Positions 34,121 to 47,064 of a stretch of DNA of 64,000 nt are shown in pieces; position 1 is the first letter of the stretch, and the number at the start of each line of letters is the position of its first letter. The stretch spans positions 114,330,001 to 114,394,000 of the forward strand of contig NC_087436.1 of assembly GCF_036321535.1 (NCBI RefSeq), in the 5' to 3' direction. The notes below the pieces were generated by a model. That model worked only from the letters and a program-made list of their open reading frames with translations. It did not search any database and was not told where the DNA came from. The translations under genes and the position numbers were made by a program. This stretch comes from Camelus dromedarius (lineage: Eukaryota).

Positions 34121-36329
34121 ATTCCACTAGCCTCTCAGATAGAGTGTTAAACACCAACACACAAACACATGCAAATATTCACTCACTCACATATATACAT
34201 GACTTTGGAAAGAGAAACACCAGCAAGCCCAAGTTACAAATCTCTCATTGTAAAATGGGATTCAGAAGCCTGTGAGATTTCGACACAATTCAGCACCGCT
34301 CATAGGGGTAGAAAATCATACGGGGATTGGAATTAAAATTCTCAGTAGATAGATGATAGACAGATGTCTTCATCCATTTTCTCTTTCTTCATTCACTAAA
34401 TGAGGACACTAAGAGTTAGGGAGATTAAATAAGTAACTTCCCAAAGTCACTCATCTAGGAAATCTATGAATTCAGAATCATATGTTCCAAGGACTTATTA
34501 AAGCCTCTAGCTTTGAGGAACCCAGTGTGGTCAAAGGAGATGGATGGAATGTCTTAAATACAGAACCCAGACGGCCTCCTCTCAAGATTCAACACTAACA
34601 GTATCTATCATGATGCCATATGACTTTCAAATAGTGTATCCATAAGGCTTCCCTTCTGAAAAGAGAATTCAGTCCAACTCTCCCTTACAATGAGCTAGAA
34701 ATAGCCCATTTGTACCAAGTTGTCTCAACCTAATGGGTGAGAGGGGAAAACCCCTTATGCAAGCCAGAGCAGGTGCAGGAATCATACACTTCCTTCCTAC
34801 ATCCCAGAGGGCCAGTCATCACAACCTCACTGCCAAGGGGACTGAGAAGCAAGGCCTACAGCTGAGCAACCCTCATGCCAAGAGTGTATAAACCCAGAAT
34901 GGAAGCTGGAAGGAGAAGGAAGTCAGGCTTAGCACATCAGTTCTCTGATTTGCTCCACGCTGGACTTGGAGCTGGGGGAAGCAGACATAAAAACATCACC
35001 AGCTGGTGTGTTTCCTGGCAGGGACACCAGTTGCAGGCTTGCCTGCCCCCAGACACACACATGCAGCAAACAGCTTCCATCTGTAGCCCCATTCCTTTTG
35101 TGTATCAGGCCCACAAGGCAGGAGAAGAGAACATACCAATGTTTCAGAGGCCCAGCAGGACCTGGGCTCTGCCTCCAGTGGAACAGTGTTGATGGATGGT
35201 AGGCTGGCAGTCAGCAGATGAAGCCTCATTATACTTGTAAATCTAAGTATGAAATAAAAGAGTGCATGCCCCCAGCAGCTGCCTCGCCTGCCTGCCCTGC
35301 TCACACTCTCTGTCTCTCAGCTGGCCTGGAGGTTCTGCTGGGCTGGGGGGAGGAGGAGGAAACCCTCGGCCAGGGAACTTCAAGACAAGCCAAGACCCAG
35401 CTGGCAGGGCTGACGACAGAGTGGGAAAAGCCCCTCCTTCTGTGCTTGGTCTTCCAACCTGGTCTGTCCGACTGATACTGTGGCCCTTTCTATCTCATTA
35501 CGGAAAGTGTAGCCTCTTGCTATTTCCTGAAAGACCCTGAAATGGGCAACAGGGAAGAGAGGATGAGAGAGAGTAGGTTTCCATGCCTGCCTTCTGACAT
35601 GACTGTCTTCCATTTAAAAATGAATTCATGGCTCTTCTATTTTCTTCTCTCCCTTCATCTATCCACGCACTGTCTGCCACTATAACAGCCAAAGTAACCT
35701 TTGGAGCAGTTTTCTAAGAAGTTTCCAAATAGCCAGGTAAAAGCAGAATCCCCAGGCTTATTCCACAATCCAGCTCAGCAAGACCCCACATGCAAGGCAC
35801 AGTGAGATACAAGATGAAGAACAAGAACTCCCTGTCCTCATGGGAACAACTTAAATCCAGCCCAAGCACAAACAAAAATTTTATGTATTTGTCATCTATT
35901 CATTCCACAATCAATCATTGAACATTTCTTATTAAAAAGAGAAATGCTGTTTTAAGTAAACTGAGCTCTCAATTATGACACCAGCAAAGGTAGGCAAAGT
36001 GTTTTCCTAACATGAAGACTTGAATTTAAAGAATTTCAGACTGATGCATATCATGGTTGACATTTGTCCAGTACCTACTGCATGTGTGGTGCTGAGTGTT
36101 GGACTTTGTGAGGGATGCAAAGATAATTAAGTCATGGATCCAGGTCTTTAGATGTAGAGAACCAAGTGTATCCAGGTCTTGAAAAGTATAAAATCAAGTG
36201 GAGAGACAGGAACAAAGGCCACTGAGGTACAGGGAGGGAGGAGAGCTCAATATAATTTATTGAGCAGCTACTTACATATGCCATGTGCTTTCCTCACATG
36301 ATAAGTAAAGTATCTCTTGACAATACTTA

Positions 36330-36600
36330 CTGATCATTACTCTTATGCTCTAGGTCCCGTGATATGGTAAAGGGATAGAAACAAGCAAACATGTAATTAC
36401 AATTTAACATGAAGTGCTGACAGGGGAAGCAGAGGACACCTAATACCAATTTGGAGGATCCAAGAAGTCTTCTAGGAAGAAGTGACTTCAAAGCTGAGTC
36501 CCAGAAAATGAGTCGGCCAAGCAAACTAGAAGAAGATATTGTTCTTGGCAGAGAAAATAACATGTGCAAAGTCTCAAAGGCATGATGGAGGTTTACGTTC
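36330..36600 (-). mobile_element. L2 fragment
   Basis: 'aggaagaagtgacttcaaagctgagtc...ggcagagaaaataacatgtgcaaagtctc'. Confidence 0.65.
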
Positions 36601-37098
36601 CTCGCTTAATGAGAGAGGAGGCTGAGGTGAAGCTGGGGGAGGCTATGGAACTCACTCAAAAGCACACAGCTGGTGAGTGACAGAAGCAGAATTCAGATCT
36701 GGATCTTAGTTCCTTCCACCTATAAAAGTTATTAACAGGAGAACAGAGAGAGATTCCAATTGGAGAGAGCAGAGGGGGCTTTGATAAAGTGGGTTTTGAA
36801 GGACAGGGCAGAAATGGTAGGCAGTAGACCCAAAGGAAGGGAACAACTGAAGCAAAGGAATGTTGAGGGGCATGGAATCTGCTTGACTGGAATGTAGTGA
36901 TGTAGGGATTGGGAGGAAGTGTTTTGGAAGATAAAGTTGAAAAGAAAGGTTATAGTTGGAAAGACTCATCAGTCAAGGGAGAGCTGTCTCACTCCCACCA
37001 GCAGGATCATTAAGTCCATGTGGCATCAGATGTTTCAAGTGCTAGACAAAGGAGAAGACAAAATGGCAGAGGCTGCAGTACAGAGACAAAGGAATCCT

Positions 37099-37448
37099 TG
37101 CTGTGGACTGAATATGTTTGTCCAGCCAAAATCCATATGTTGAAGCCCTCATCCTCAATATGATGGTTTGGAGGTGTGACCTTTGGGAAATAATTGGATT
37201 TGAATGAAGTCATCAGATGTATAGCTTCCATGATGGGACGGGTGCCCTTATAAGGAGACGAAGAAACCAGAGAGTGTTCGAGTGTTCACTTCCTCTCTCT
37301 ATCTCTCTCCTCTCTCTGTCTCTCTCTGCCATGTGAGCATGGATCAAGAAACTATCTATTTCTGCATCACCTCCAGAACTGTAAGAAATAAATCATTAAG
37401 CCACCCAGTCTATGGTAAATTTTTACATCAGCCCAAGCTACTAAGACA
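37099..37448 (+). mobile_element. MaLR solo LTR (MLT1A-like)
   Basis: 'tgctgtggactgaatatgtttgtcc...catatgttgaagccct...tgcccttataaggaga...cctccagaactgtaagaaataaa...aagccacccagtctatggta...ctaagaca'. Confidence 0.9.
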
Positions 37449-37604
37449 GCCCTGTAATGAAAGGGAGTCCTCTGTCCTGAAGGTAGTGAACACAGAATCT
37501 TAAACATGTCCAAGGGAACATGTTCTCTACTCTCAGTGGACCCAGAGCTACCAGTAGACGATCACTCCCAGAATGCCTTGCAGTGGTCCATCATCTTAGC
37601 CCAC

Positions 37605-37680
37605 CCTTCCTCTTTTCTTCTTTCCTTCCTTCCTTTGTTCCTTTCCTTCCTTCCTTTGTTCCTTCTTCCCTTCCTCCCTT
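37605..37680. repeat. (TTCC)n-type simple repeat with a 21-bp tandem duplication
   Basis: 'tttccttccttcctttgttcc' occurs twice in tandem. Confidence 0.85.
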
Positions 37681-38134
37681 AAAGCATACTTAAGTCTATT
37701 GTTTCTTGAGAAAAACAAATCCAGTTGGACAATAAAGAGATTTTATAACAAACCATCAAAAAATAATGCTTCAGAACTAGATTTGATGGAATGTCTTTAC
37801 ACGTGTTGGATGTTTAATGATTGTGTATGACTACCAAACAAATAATAAATTAATTTAAAAGTCAAAACTTATTCCTTTAAATTCAAGTTTTAACAGCAAA
37901 TTAATAACTAGAAGTTTCTTCACGTTACAAAAAGGAAGGGGTTTTGATTTTGCTTATCCTTGCTCTTATTGTTTGTTATCTTGCTTTGGTAATCCTCAGC
38001 AAAACAGAAGTTCTTGTGAGAGGAAAGAAAAGGTGCAAACAGCCCAAATATCACTGAAAAGAGGGAAGGGTCTGAGGGGCCAATGGCAGAGCATGACTTG
38101 ATGGCAGTTACCAATCAACCCTCCTGACAGACAA

Positions 38135-38345
38135 GATAATGGAAAAGTGAATGGGCTTTGGAGGCATCAGACCCACCAACTCCACCAAATTCTCTGATGT
38201 TGGCAAGTCACTTCTATCTTGGTCTCATTGGGAAGGTAGGGACATTGCTCCACATCCTCCTTGAAGGATTTTTTAAGTACTAAATAAGCTGATGCATGTA
38301 AATCACTAGCACAGGACTCAGAACATGATAGGAGTTCAACGATAG
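38135..38345 (+). mobile_element. MIR SINE
   Basis: 'gggctttggaggcatcagacc...ggcaagtcactt...atgcatgtaaatcactagcacag'. Confidence 0.7.
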
Positions 38346-39305
38346 ATCCCTCCCACATTCACTTCCCCTCTCCCCTTTGCACACATCTCTGTTTTACCGC
38401 TCATATCACTGCACTTTAATTTTCTGGTTCCTGGCCTATCTCTCCCACTAGATACAAGCCATGTAAGAATGCAAGCTTTGTCTTACACATTTAGCTCAGG
38501 TAACTGACAGAGTGAATAGTAGTTATTCAATTAACCATTTCTCACATGATTGAGTTTGAAAGCTCTCAACTGAGTTTGAGCCTTTTTAAAAATGACTGCA
38601 AGGCAGTGTATAATGTATTGCTGAACCCTGTGGAGCAGATTTGTCAAGGGTGTTGAAGCTCAGGGCAGAGTCATCAGCATGAAATAGGAGCCATCAAGGA
38701 GAGTTTGATGAAGGAGGTTTGGTGGATTCCGACTGGGAGTCGAAAGTCCCGAAGCCTAGACAGCCCTGAGTGGCATGATGGAAACCACTTTAGAAAGAAT
38801 GGAAATGAGCAAAAATATGGAGGCAGAAATGAGCAAGTCACTTTCAAGGGATGAGAAAAAGATGGATGTAATGTGCTCAGATTCAGGCAAGGGCATTTGC
38901 ACTTGATGTGGTGGGAATAGGGAACTCCTGGGGGTGTCTAAGAGCAGGAGACACAATGTAACTGATGTGTAAGCAAGACCAACAAACACAAAGTCCAAAA
39001 ATTTCCCTATATTCAGAGGAGGAGCACTCCTTGAAAAGATTCAGGTTTTGCCTAGGATTGTTGGGGAAGAGAGTTCATAGAAAAGGAGTGAGAGCTCAGA
39101 GCTTCCTGTACAAGACATCAGTACTGGTAGGTCCATTCCCATCATGCTGGAACCATGTTGACAGAAAGACACTAACCTGAGGGTCATCAGGTGCCAGCCT
39201 CCCAGCCCAGCATCCTGATGCACAGCTCAGCTCCAAGGCTCTGATGAGGGGCTATCACTTCTTGCCTCAGTGGTGACCTACAAAGGATGCTATCACAAAC
39301 AAGCT

Positions 39306-39728
39306 CATATTAGTCAGGGTTCTCCAGAAAAGCAGAACCAGTAAGTTGTGTATATATGTAGAAATAGATTTATTCTAAGAAATCAGCTCCCATGATTATG
39401 GGGGCTGGTAAGTCCAAAATTTGCAGTGTAGGCCAGCAGACTAGAGACCCAGGAAAGAGCCAGTGCTGCAAGTCAAGTCTGAAGGCTTCTGCCACAGAAA
39501 TCCCTCATGCTTGGGGGGGAGGGGCAGTCTTTTGTTTTATTCAGGACATCAACTGATTAGATAAGGCTCACCCACATTATGAAGGGCAATCTGCTTTACT
39601 CAAAGTCTACAGGTTTAAATGTTAATATTATCCAAAAAACATCTTTGTAGAAACATCCAGTATGATACTTGAACACATGTCTGGGAATCATGGCCCAGAC
39701 AAGTTGACACATAAAATTAACCATCAAA
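39306..39728 (-). mobile_element. ERVL solo LTR (MLT2-family)
   Basis: 'tattagtcagggttctccagaaaagcagaacca...gggcaatctgctttactcaaagtc...caagttgacacataaaattaaccatca'. Confidence 0.9.
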
Positions 39729-39869
39729 CAGCCCCAGGCCTTTCAAAAAGAATGACAAAAACAGCTTAAAATAAGTTTGGGGAAGAAACATCTTGTTGGA
39801 AATGGACAGTAAGTTTCAAAAACCCAGAGAGAGAGCCATAAATGTGAAAAGACAGTAAAGATCAATTTT

Positions 39870-40060
39870 GTGTGCAAAGTATTTTTCACATACAGTTTTA
39901 CGTGTCATTCACGCAACAACTCTGTGAGGCAGGCCTTATTCCCATTTCACAGATGAAGAAAGTGAAGCTTATGAAATGACTCCCCCAGTATCACAAAGCC
40001 TCTAAATGGTGGAGCTGGCAGCAAACCCCCGGTGCTGTATTTCCTAAATCCACTGAGTGC
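39870..40060 (-). mobile_element. MIR SINE
   Basis: 'caacaactctgtgaggcagg...cccatttcacagatgaagaaagtgaagct'. Confidence 0.8.
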
Positions 40061-41046
40061 TTCTTTGAACTCAAACTTCCTATCTCCAGAGGAGCAGAGA
40101 TTCTCTAAGCATAGGCCATAACATGGAGAAGTAAAGGGGACAGAAAAGAAAACACTGCCACTAAAAGCCACAGAAGCCCCAGCATGTAATTCTTGGTGAG
40201 TGGCCAGCTCAGAGATAAGCTCCTTTGGGTAGGAAAAGCAAGATGAGCTTTCAGCGCCCTTGCTGGCTGCAGCTTTAGATGGGATACATTAGAAAGCCAA
40301 CAAAAAAGGTCTTGGGTGGGGGGCTCCTATAAGTACAGGTAAAAGTATCAAAACTGTTCAGGTCTCTTGTAAATTACCTGACCCAGAATCTTGTTTATTA
40401 TCATTTCCAAATGACTAAAAAGCTTTTCCTTCCTTTGTGATGGTCTGAAAATTGAAAAAAATGAGAACACCCCATTCTCTCCTGGCTGCAACCCACAACT
40501 AGATTTTCTTACAAAACACAATGGAAGAAAGAAGAAAGGGCATCTTTCCTTTCTGAAAGGAAAAATAAACTGTGAGCCATCATGAAATTATGTTGTTACC
40601 ATTTGAAGCCTAGCTATAAATCTGTGCATCTGCTGGGTTAGCTTATAGCTGGCACACACGTGGCCAGTCTAAACTGAGAGCCTCTTTCATTATTCTGTGT
40701 ATCACTGGACAAGGAGCAAAAAGCCAGGACTTATCCAAGCCACTAACCAGAAGGGTGAGTTCAGGTGAGGGAGAAGAAGCTTGCTGATCCCTGCCTCACC
40801 TACTTCCCAGGAGCGCTGACACAGGGACAAGTGTTTTACAGTCCACAAAGCATCAGATCAGTGTAAGCCATTATTATTACCATGGTTGAAAAACAACAAC
40901 AGTACTTATTTTACTTCTAATTTGTAATTTTGTGCCGTCATCTGACTGGAGTCTGTTTCAGTCTGCAACCCCTGGGGCTTCTGTGATCAATGACAGTGAA
41001 GCTGGAGAGAGTCTGACACAGGCAGACAGGACCTGGAAGTCCTCAC

Positions 41047-41103
41047 CTTTACTTATGTAATAGCACCGGTCATGGATTCTACGTCTGATGACAACGGTAA
41101 TTC
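41047..41103 (-). other. Candidate 57-nt internal exon (unassigned)
   Basis: Minus strand: 'cttgttctatttctacgtgtcttctacgattgcag|GAATTACC...AAGTAAAG|gtgagg'. One open frame, (G)ITVVIRRRIHDRCYYISK(G). Confidence 0.25.
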
Positions 41104-41144
41104 CTGCAATCGTAGAAGACACGTAGAAATAGAACAAGCACAAT

Positions 41145-41340
41145 ATTTGGAGTCAGACAGACCATGATAGAAAGCATGTCTCTGCTACATCATAGCTAAG
41201 TAACATGGCTGCTTACATACCTTCTCTGGATTTAAGGTTTCTCATTTTAAAAAACAGGCAATTGAAAAGAATCAAATTAACAAATGTATGTAAAGTACAC
41301 ACACAGTGCTGCACGACAAATGCTAAACAAATGTTAACTT
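41145..41340 (+). mobile_element. MIR SINE
   Basis: 'ttggagtcagacagacc...ggtttctcattttaaaa...atgtatgtaaagtac...aaatgttaact'. Confidence 0.7.
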
Positions 41341-42064
41341 CCTGACAATTATGCTCTTTTCTCCATAATGCACCAAGATGGAAATTACATTATTATAATC
41401 ATAACCTATTGAGAAGGCTGCACCTTCTCAAATTACCAGAGATCATTTCAGATATTATTGCACACCTTGTATATGCCAGAAATTATGCTGGACACCAGAT
41501 ACCAAAATATGAACAAAAAATAATCTTCAAAAACCATGATATTTGATGAGTGGAATTAAGTGGAGTCCAAAATATTAAGTGAAGTATCAAAGCATACTCT
41601 ACTGAAAATGAACATCCTTATGGGGCTGCTTTGGTGAAGCCAAGATTATGATGTCCGTGAAGACAGAGCTAGGTCTCTCTTAGAGGCTACCACAGTTTCA
41701 GCACCTAGCACAGGGGACCTTCAGCAAATGACTAAATCTTGAGTAAATCTACTAGTAAACAGGAGAGAATGGTGAGTAACTAACATAGTACACAAGAGGC
41801 TACTTCTATGTGTTTGGAGACACCCTCCTGCTAAAAGAAGCTCCTTCTGCACACTTTCAAGAGGCAAGAAAGAACCATCTCTCAGGCAAGAGTTGCTTAG
41901 TGAGATTTTTGTGTTGCAGGTGGTTGGAGAATGAGACAGGAATCAGCAACAGTCCAAACCCCTTCTTCTCTAGGTGCTGAAGAAACATCACACATTTCGG
42001 GAGTAAAAGAACCAGGATCAACCCCAGATATTCCAGTCAGTCTCCATCAGAGCCCTTTTTATGG

Positions 42065-43313
42065 TAAACCTCCTAGAAGAAAGTATAAGCAAAATATTAT
42101 CTCACATACATCTCAAAAATGTTCTCCTAGGGCAGTCTACCCAAGCAACAGAAATAAAAGCAAGAATAAACCAATGGGACCTAATTAAACTTACAAGCTT
42201 TTGCACAGCAAAGGAAACTATAAGCAAAACAAAAAGACAACCTACAGAATAGGAGAAATTTTTTGCAAAAGATGAAACTGACAAAAGCTTGATCTCCAGA
42301 AAATATAAGCAGCTCAGACGACTTAATAAGAATAAAACAAACAACCCAGTCCAAAAATGGGTAGAAGAATTAAACAAGCAATTCTCCAATGAAGAAATAT
42401 GAATAATCAATAAGCACATGAAAAAATGCTCAATATCACTAATTATCAGAGAAATGCAAATCAAAACTACAATGAGGTGTCACCTCACACCAGTCAGAAT
42501 GGCCATCATTCAAAAGTCCACAAATGACAAATGCTGGAGAGGCTATGGAAAAAAAGGGAACCCTCCTTCACTGCTGGTGGGAATGCAGTTTGGTGCAGCC
42601 ACTGTGGAAAACAGTATGGAGATTCCTCAAAAGACTAGGAATAGACTTACCGTATGACCCAGGAATCCCGCTCCTGGGCATATATCCAGAAGGAACCCTA
42701 TTTCAAAAAGACACCTGCACCCCAGTGTTCATAGCAGTGCTATTTACAATAGCCAAGACATGGAAACAGCCTAAATGTCCATCAACAGATGACTGGATAA
42801 AGAAGATGTTGTATATTTATACAGTGGAATATTATTCAGCCATAAAAATGACAACATAATGCCATTTGCAGCAACATGGCTGTCCCTGGAGAATGTCATT
42901 CTAAGTGAAGTAAGCCAGAAAGAGAAAGAAAAATACCATATGAGATTGCTCATATGTGGAATCTAAAAAAAGAAAAGAAAAGAAAAAGACAAATGAACAT
43001 AAATGCAAAACAGAAACAGTCTCATAGACATAGAATACAAACTTGTGGTTGCCAAGGGGGAAGGAGGTGGGAAGAGACAGACTGGGAATTCGAAATTTGT
43101 AGGTACTGACAGGTATGTATAGAATAGATAAACAAGATTATACTGTATAGCGCAGGGAAATATATACAAGATCTTGTGGTAGCTCACAGCGAAAAAGAGT
43201 GGGACAATGAATATATGTATGTTCATGTATAACTTAAAAACTGTTCTCTACACTGGAAATTGACACAACATTGTAAACTGACTATAACTCAATAAAATAA
43301 AATTTTAAAAAAA
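42065..43313 (+). mobile_element. Young L1, 5'-truncated, copy D
   Basis: ORF2p pieces '[19 protein letters not shown]' and '[14 protein letters not shown]' with frameshifts and stops. Same 3'UTR as copy A, followed by an A-tail. Confidence 0.95.
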
Positions 43314-43854
43314 GAACTACATTTAACTAAATGTCTACACAATCTTGCAGAGCTGAAATCTGCCCTTCCACAATTGCAGACAACCTGAAAGAAAAAGTCA
43401 GTTGAACTGGAAACAAAAAGCAACACACGGTGTGCCACGTTTCAAAGAAGCAATCTTCCAGACAGGCAGCTCTGTCCACAGATCTGGCAGCAGGGAAAGC
43501 GTGGTTTTGTTTCTAGTTTTGTAAAACCCTCCATGATGTTTTGTGGCCAGTTCCAAGAATCCGAGCAGTTTGGTCCAGTCTTACTCATTTGTATTAACCA
43601 GGAAAAGAACAGTCTGAACTATATATGGTTTAGCCTCACTTTAGACCAGTTTCACCTGCTATATAAATGCCAATAGAAAGAGGAAAGTTCTAGTGATCAA
43701 TTCCTTCTCCCATTATCCAGAGGAGCTTTTGCAAACTAAGGGTCTTCACAACCCATCCCTGTATCACCATTCTAAGGAAACTGAGGAACTCAGTGTGATT
43801 ATATTTTTACTTTCCACTTATACATGCAAACCTGTATTTATTTATACAATATGA

Positions 43855-44030
43855 CCCAAGTTTATTGAGGTGTATGCCAAGTGCTCTTTTAACAGTCCTA
43901 CACACAGGTAATAGTATTATCATCCCCGTGTTATTACTGAAGAAACTGAGATTTAGAGGGTTCCATCCCTTGTAAACAGCAGAGCCTAATGCAAACTCAG
44001 GCCACCTGGCTCTGAAGCTTGGTACTTAGA
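43855..44030 (-). mobile_element. MIR SINE
   Basis: 'tttattgaggtgtatgccaagtgctc...tgaagaaactgagatttagaggg'. Confidence 0.7.
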
Positions 44031-44039
44031 TGTCACATG

Positions 44040-44960
44040 ACAGTGTCCCCTTCTTCTGCCACTCTCAGGAAATGGTGTGTTTCTTCTCTATCCTCGCATC
44101 AAAAAGCATCCCCTGAACCCCTGTCTTATCCTTTCTGCCTCCTCAGTCTTTTTTTTTTTTAGTTTTCCCTCCTTTTCCCTGTATTTTCTACCACTGCTTT
44201 TCTATTAATTCCTTCCACTAAGTATGGATTTCTCCCATTTTAAAAAAAATACACTTGTTCAATCCTCTACCTCTAGTTCTTTATCTTCTGCCTTTGATCT
44301 TATTTGCTCCAGAACTGAGTTTCTTCAAAATTTTGGTTGCACTTATGATCTCCAATGTCACTTCTCATTTGCTTTTTATAAGATCAGGATTGCTTATAAT
44401 CCCACTCCTGTGTGTTCCCACCAAAGCCACAAATCAATCCAAGTGTTTACCAGACTACCTCTCCACCCCAGTTCCAAACTTGTATATCCAAGTGCCTGTT
44501 GATAGCTCTGTCTGCATGTTTCACAGGACTTACAACTTGATCTGTCCCCCTTACTCCTCTTGTTACACTCCAGCCTTCCCTATCTCAGCAGGCACCACCA
44601 CCACCCAGCTGCTTGATCTAAATGTCTTTTTTCATTTGTCCCTTTCCTTCAGCCTCCAATTAAATCCAGTTGGACAGCAAGTTCTGATGTGTTTATCTCT
44701 AAAATGTATTTCAAATCCATTCCCTTATGGTCCATCTCCACTGGACTCTCCAAGGTCCAGGTGACACCACCTCATACCTGGACCACTGTACACCCACGTG
44801 TACCTTCTCACAGCTTACTTATCATCCAACAGCTAAAGGAATCATGTTAAAATGTAAATCAAACTATGTCACTCCCCTGCTGAAAGCCTTTGATGGCTTC
44901 TAATTGTCTGTAGAGTAAAATCCTAGGTCCCCAAAATCCCTTCATGATATGGTTCTTTTT
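44040..44960 (+). mobile_element. L2 fragment
   Basis: Pyrimidine-rich. 'ttgtatatccaagtgcctgttga', 'ggcaccaccaccacccagctgct', 'atgtcactcccctgctgaaagcctttgatggctt'. Confidence 0.7.
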
Positions 44961-45169
44961 TTCACCCCTCCAAGTGATAGGAACATGGACACTGTTGTCA
45001 AAGTATCTGTATCATCTTCCATGTAACTCCGGTCAAGCTGTACGTCAAGTCAGGATGCTAATGTGTATTTCATGATGTTTCATAAAGATATTTTAAATTG
45101 ATATTTTCTTAATTGAAAAATAATGTACTTCTAGAAATGTGATATATGTCAAAGTATTTCAGAACATTT

Positions 45170-45900
45170 GAAACAATATGAACCATTTAATAATGGTGCT
45201 GGGATAATCAGTTACTTGTTTTGAAAAATAAAATATAATGGATGCCTACATAACACCACACACAGAAATTGATTCTAAATAATTTACACGTTTAAATATG
45301 AAAGATAAAACTTTTAAAATATATGTAAAATAGCATATCCTTATGACTGAGGACAGAGAACATTTCTTAAACAAGATACAGAAATAAATAATACAAAATG
45401 AAAAGATGAACCATAAGAGATATATCTATTTATATAGAAGGGGTATGTAGATAAATATTGTATATGAGAATATATAGGAGCTTGTATATTTTTATATATG
45501 TATTTATTTAAAATGGGACTTATTTAATGTATAATATATAATTAGAAATATATTATATATGTAATAATATATACTTTGCATATATATAAAATAAAGAAAT
45601 ACATAATATATGTAAATGAGAATAAATGCATAGAATATATTTAAAAAACAAAACCAGTAAAGGATTAGTATTCAGAATATATGAAAATTCCTACAATAAG
45701 AAAAATACAAACAACCTAAATAGAAAAATGGGCATAAGTCATGAACAAGTATTGCACAGAAAACATAAATTTTCAGTAAACATATGAAAAGACACTGAAC
45801 TTCATTAGTAATTAAGTAAGTGAAAATTAAACCACAATGAGATACTATTGGACAACCTCTAGCTTGGTACTTGGTACAACTGTTCAAGACACAATTTGGG
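45170..45900 (+). mobile_element. Ancient L1ME-type ORF2 3' relic with an internal AT-rich low-complexity tract
   Basis: 'aatggtgctgggataat', 'aatagaaaaatgggcataagtcatgaaca', 'aaaccacaatgagatac'. TA-rich stretch at about 45420-45640. Confidence 0.7.
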
Positions 45901-45939
45901 TGAAGTGGAACATGTACATGATTCCAGGATTTTAGATAT

Positions 45940-46235
45940 GCTATGGCCCGTGCTTAGAATGCCCCTCTTCAAATTATGTCTAGAAAATTCTTATACATGC
46001 TTTAAAACCCTGCTTAGTTGGCATTTACCTTAGAAACCTCAGATTCCCAGACACAGAGCAGATTGTTTCCTCAACGGTGCCACCTGTACAAAGTTGTATC
46101 ATCTCATACACATATAATATAAGTATGTGTTAGCACTTCTCCCCAACTAGCCTAGGAACTCCTAGAAAGTAAGGCTAGTTCATTTCACTGCCCCAGGGCT
46201 CAGCACATGGCATTCAAAAAACTAATTTAAATGAA
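45940..46235 (+). mobile_element. L2 3' fragment
   Basis: 'ccccaactagcctaggaactcctagaaagtaagg...ccccagggctcagcacatggc...aaatgaatg'. Confidence 0.6.
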
Positions 46236-47064
46236 TGGGACCTGTGTCTTCCACATCCCTTTTTGTGATCACAACTCCCCTAATTCTGTGGCAGCTGCAG
46301 GTGTGATCTGTGCGTCCCTTCCTGGGAAGCAGTGACTCTTACACTATTTCCTCCTTCTCTCTCAGCTTAGCATAGCTCAGCATTCAGAGTTCTGATGCAT
46401 TTTTGTAGGACCAGACCCCAAAGTCAAATGGAACAATCAAGGAAACCTAACCACGCTGTGAATGGAATATCAATCAAAAATATTTCATTCTTGAGTGATT
46501 TCAAACTCCAAAGCTAGTTTTGATTTTTCAAGGACATTGAATCCCTAATGCTATGGGCCCCTGAGGGAGCCGTTTTCCCATCAAGGACTTGGATGGAGGT
46601 GACTGCCTGCAGCCAATTAAGATGTATATTTAGTGTTTGGCAGCTCCTTGACCCACGCCTTCTGTCCCTTGATCACCAGGGACTTTGTATTGAGTGGCAG
46701 ATGAGGGCAAAGCAGCAGTGACTTGGTTATGCGGCAGCCTGTGTCATTTGGCTATGTTTACAGTCAGCCCAGCTGCAGCCAGTCAGTAGCGATGCCACTT
46801 GGGAACAGCAGCTGCTTTTCCAAGTCAATATATATAATGCTTCATGGCATAAGAGAAAGAACATTATAGAAGAAGCACTAAGAGAGATTTCTAGCTGAAC
46901 TGCTCTGCATTTCTGTGACTTTCCCCCACAAAAATTAACTTCCCTAGACCTTGCTGTCCCATTTGGAAAGCAATAACTACCCTATTGTCCCAGGACAGGG
47001 AGAGGTTTTAAAGATTAAATGCCATGATGAATTTAAGCTCTAAGGTATATACAAATATTAATAT

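Noticed and set aside
34289..34309. REST/RE1 site (TTCAGCACC left half)
   Set aside because: The right half reads tcatag instead of GGACAG, so it is only a half-site.
44965..45130. Possible processed-pseudogene fragment between L2 and L1ME
   Set aside because: No recognisable peptide in the frames I read, and no poly-A tail or TSD.
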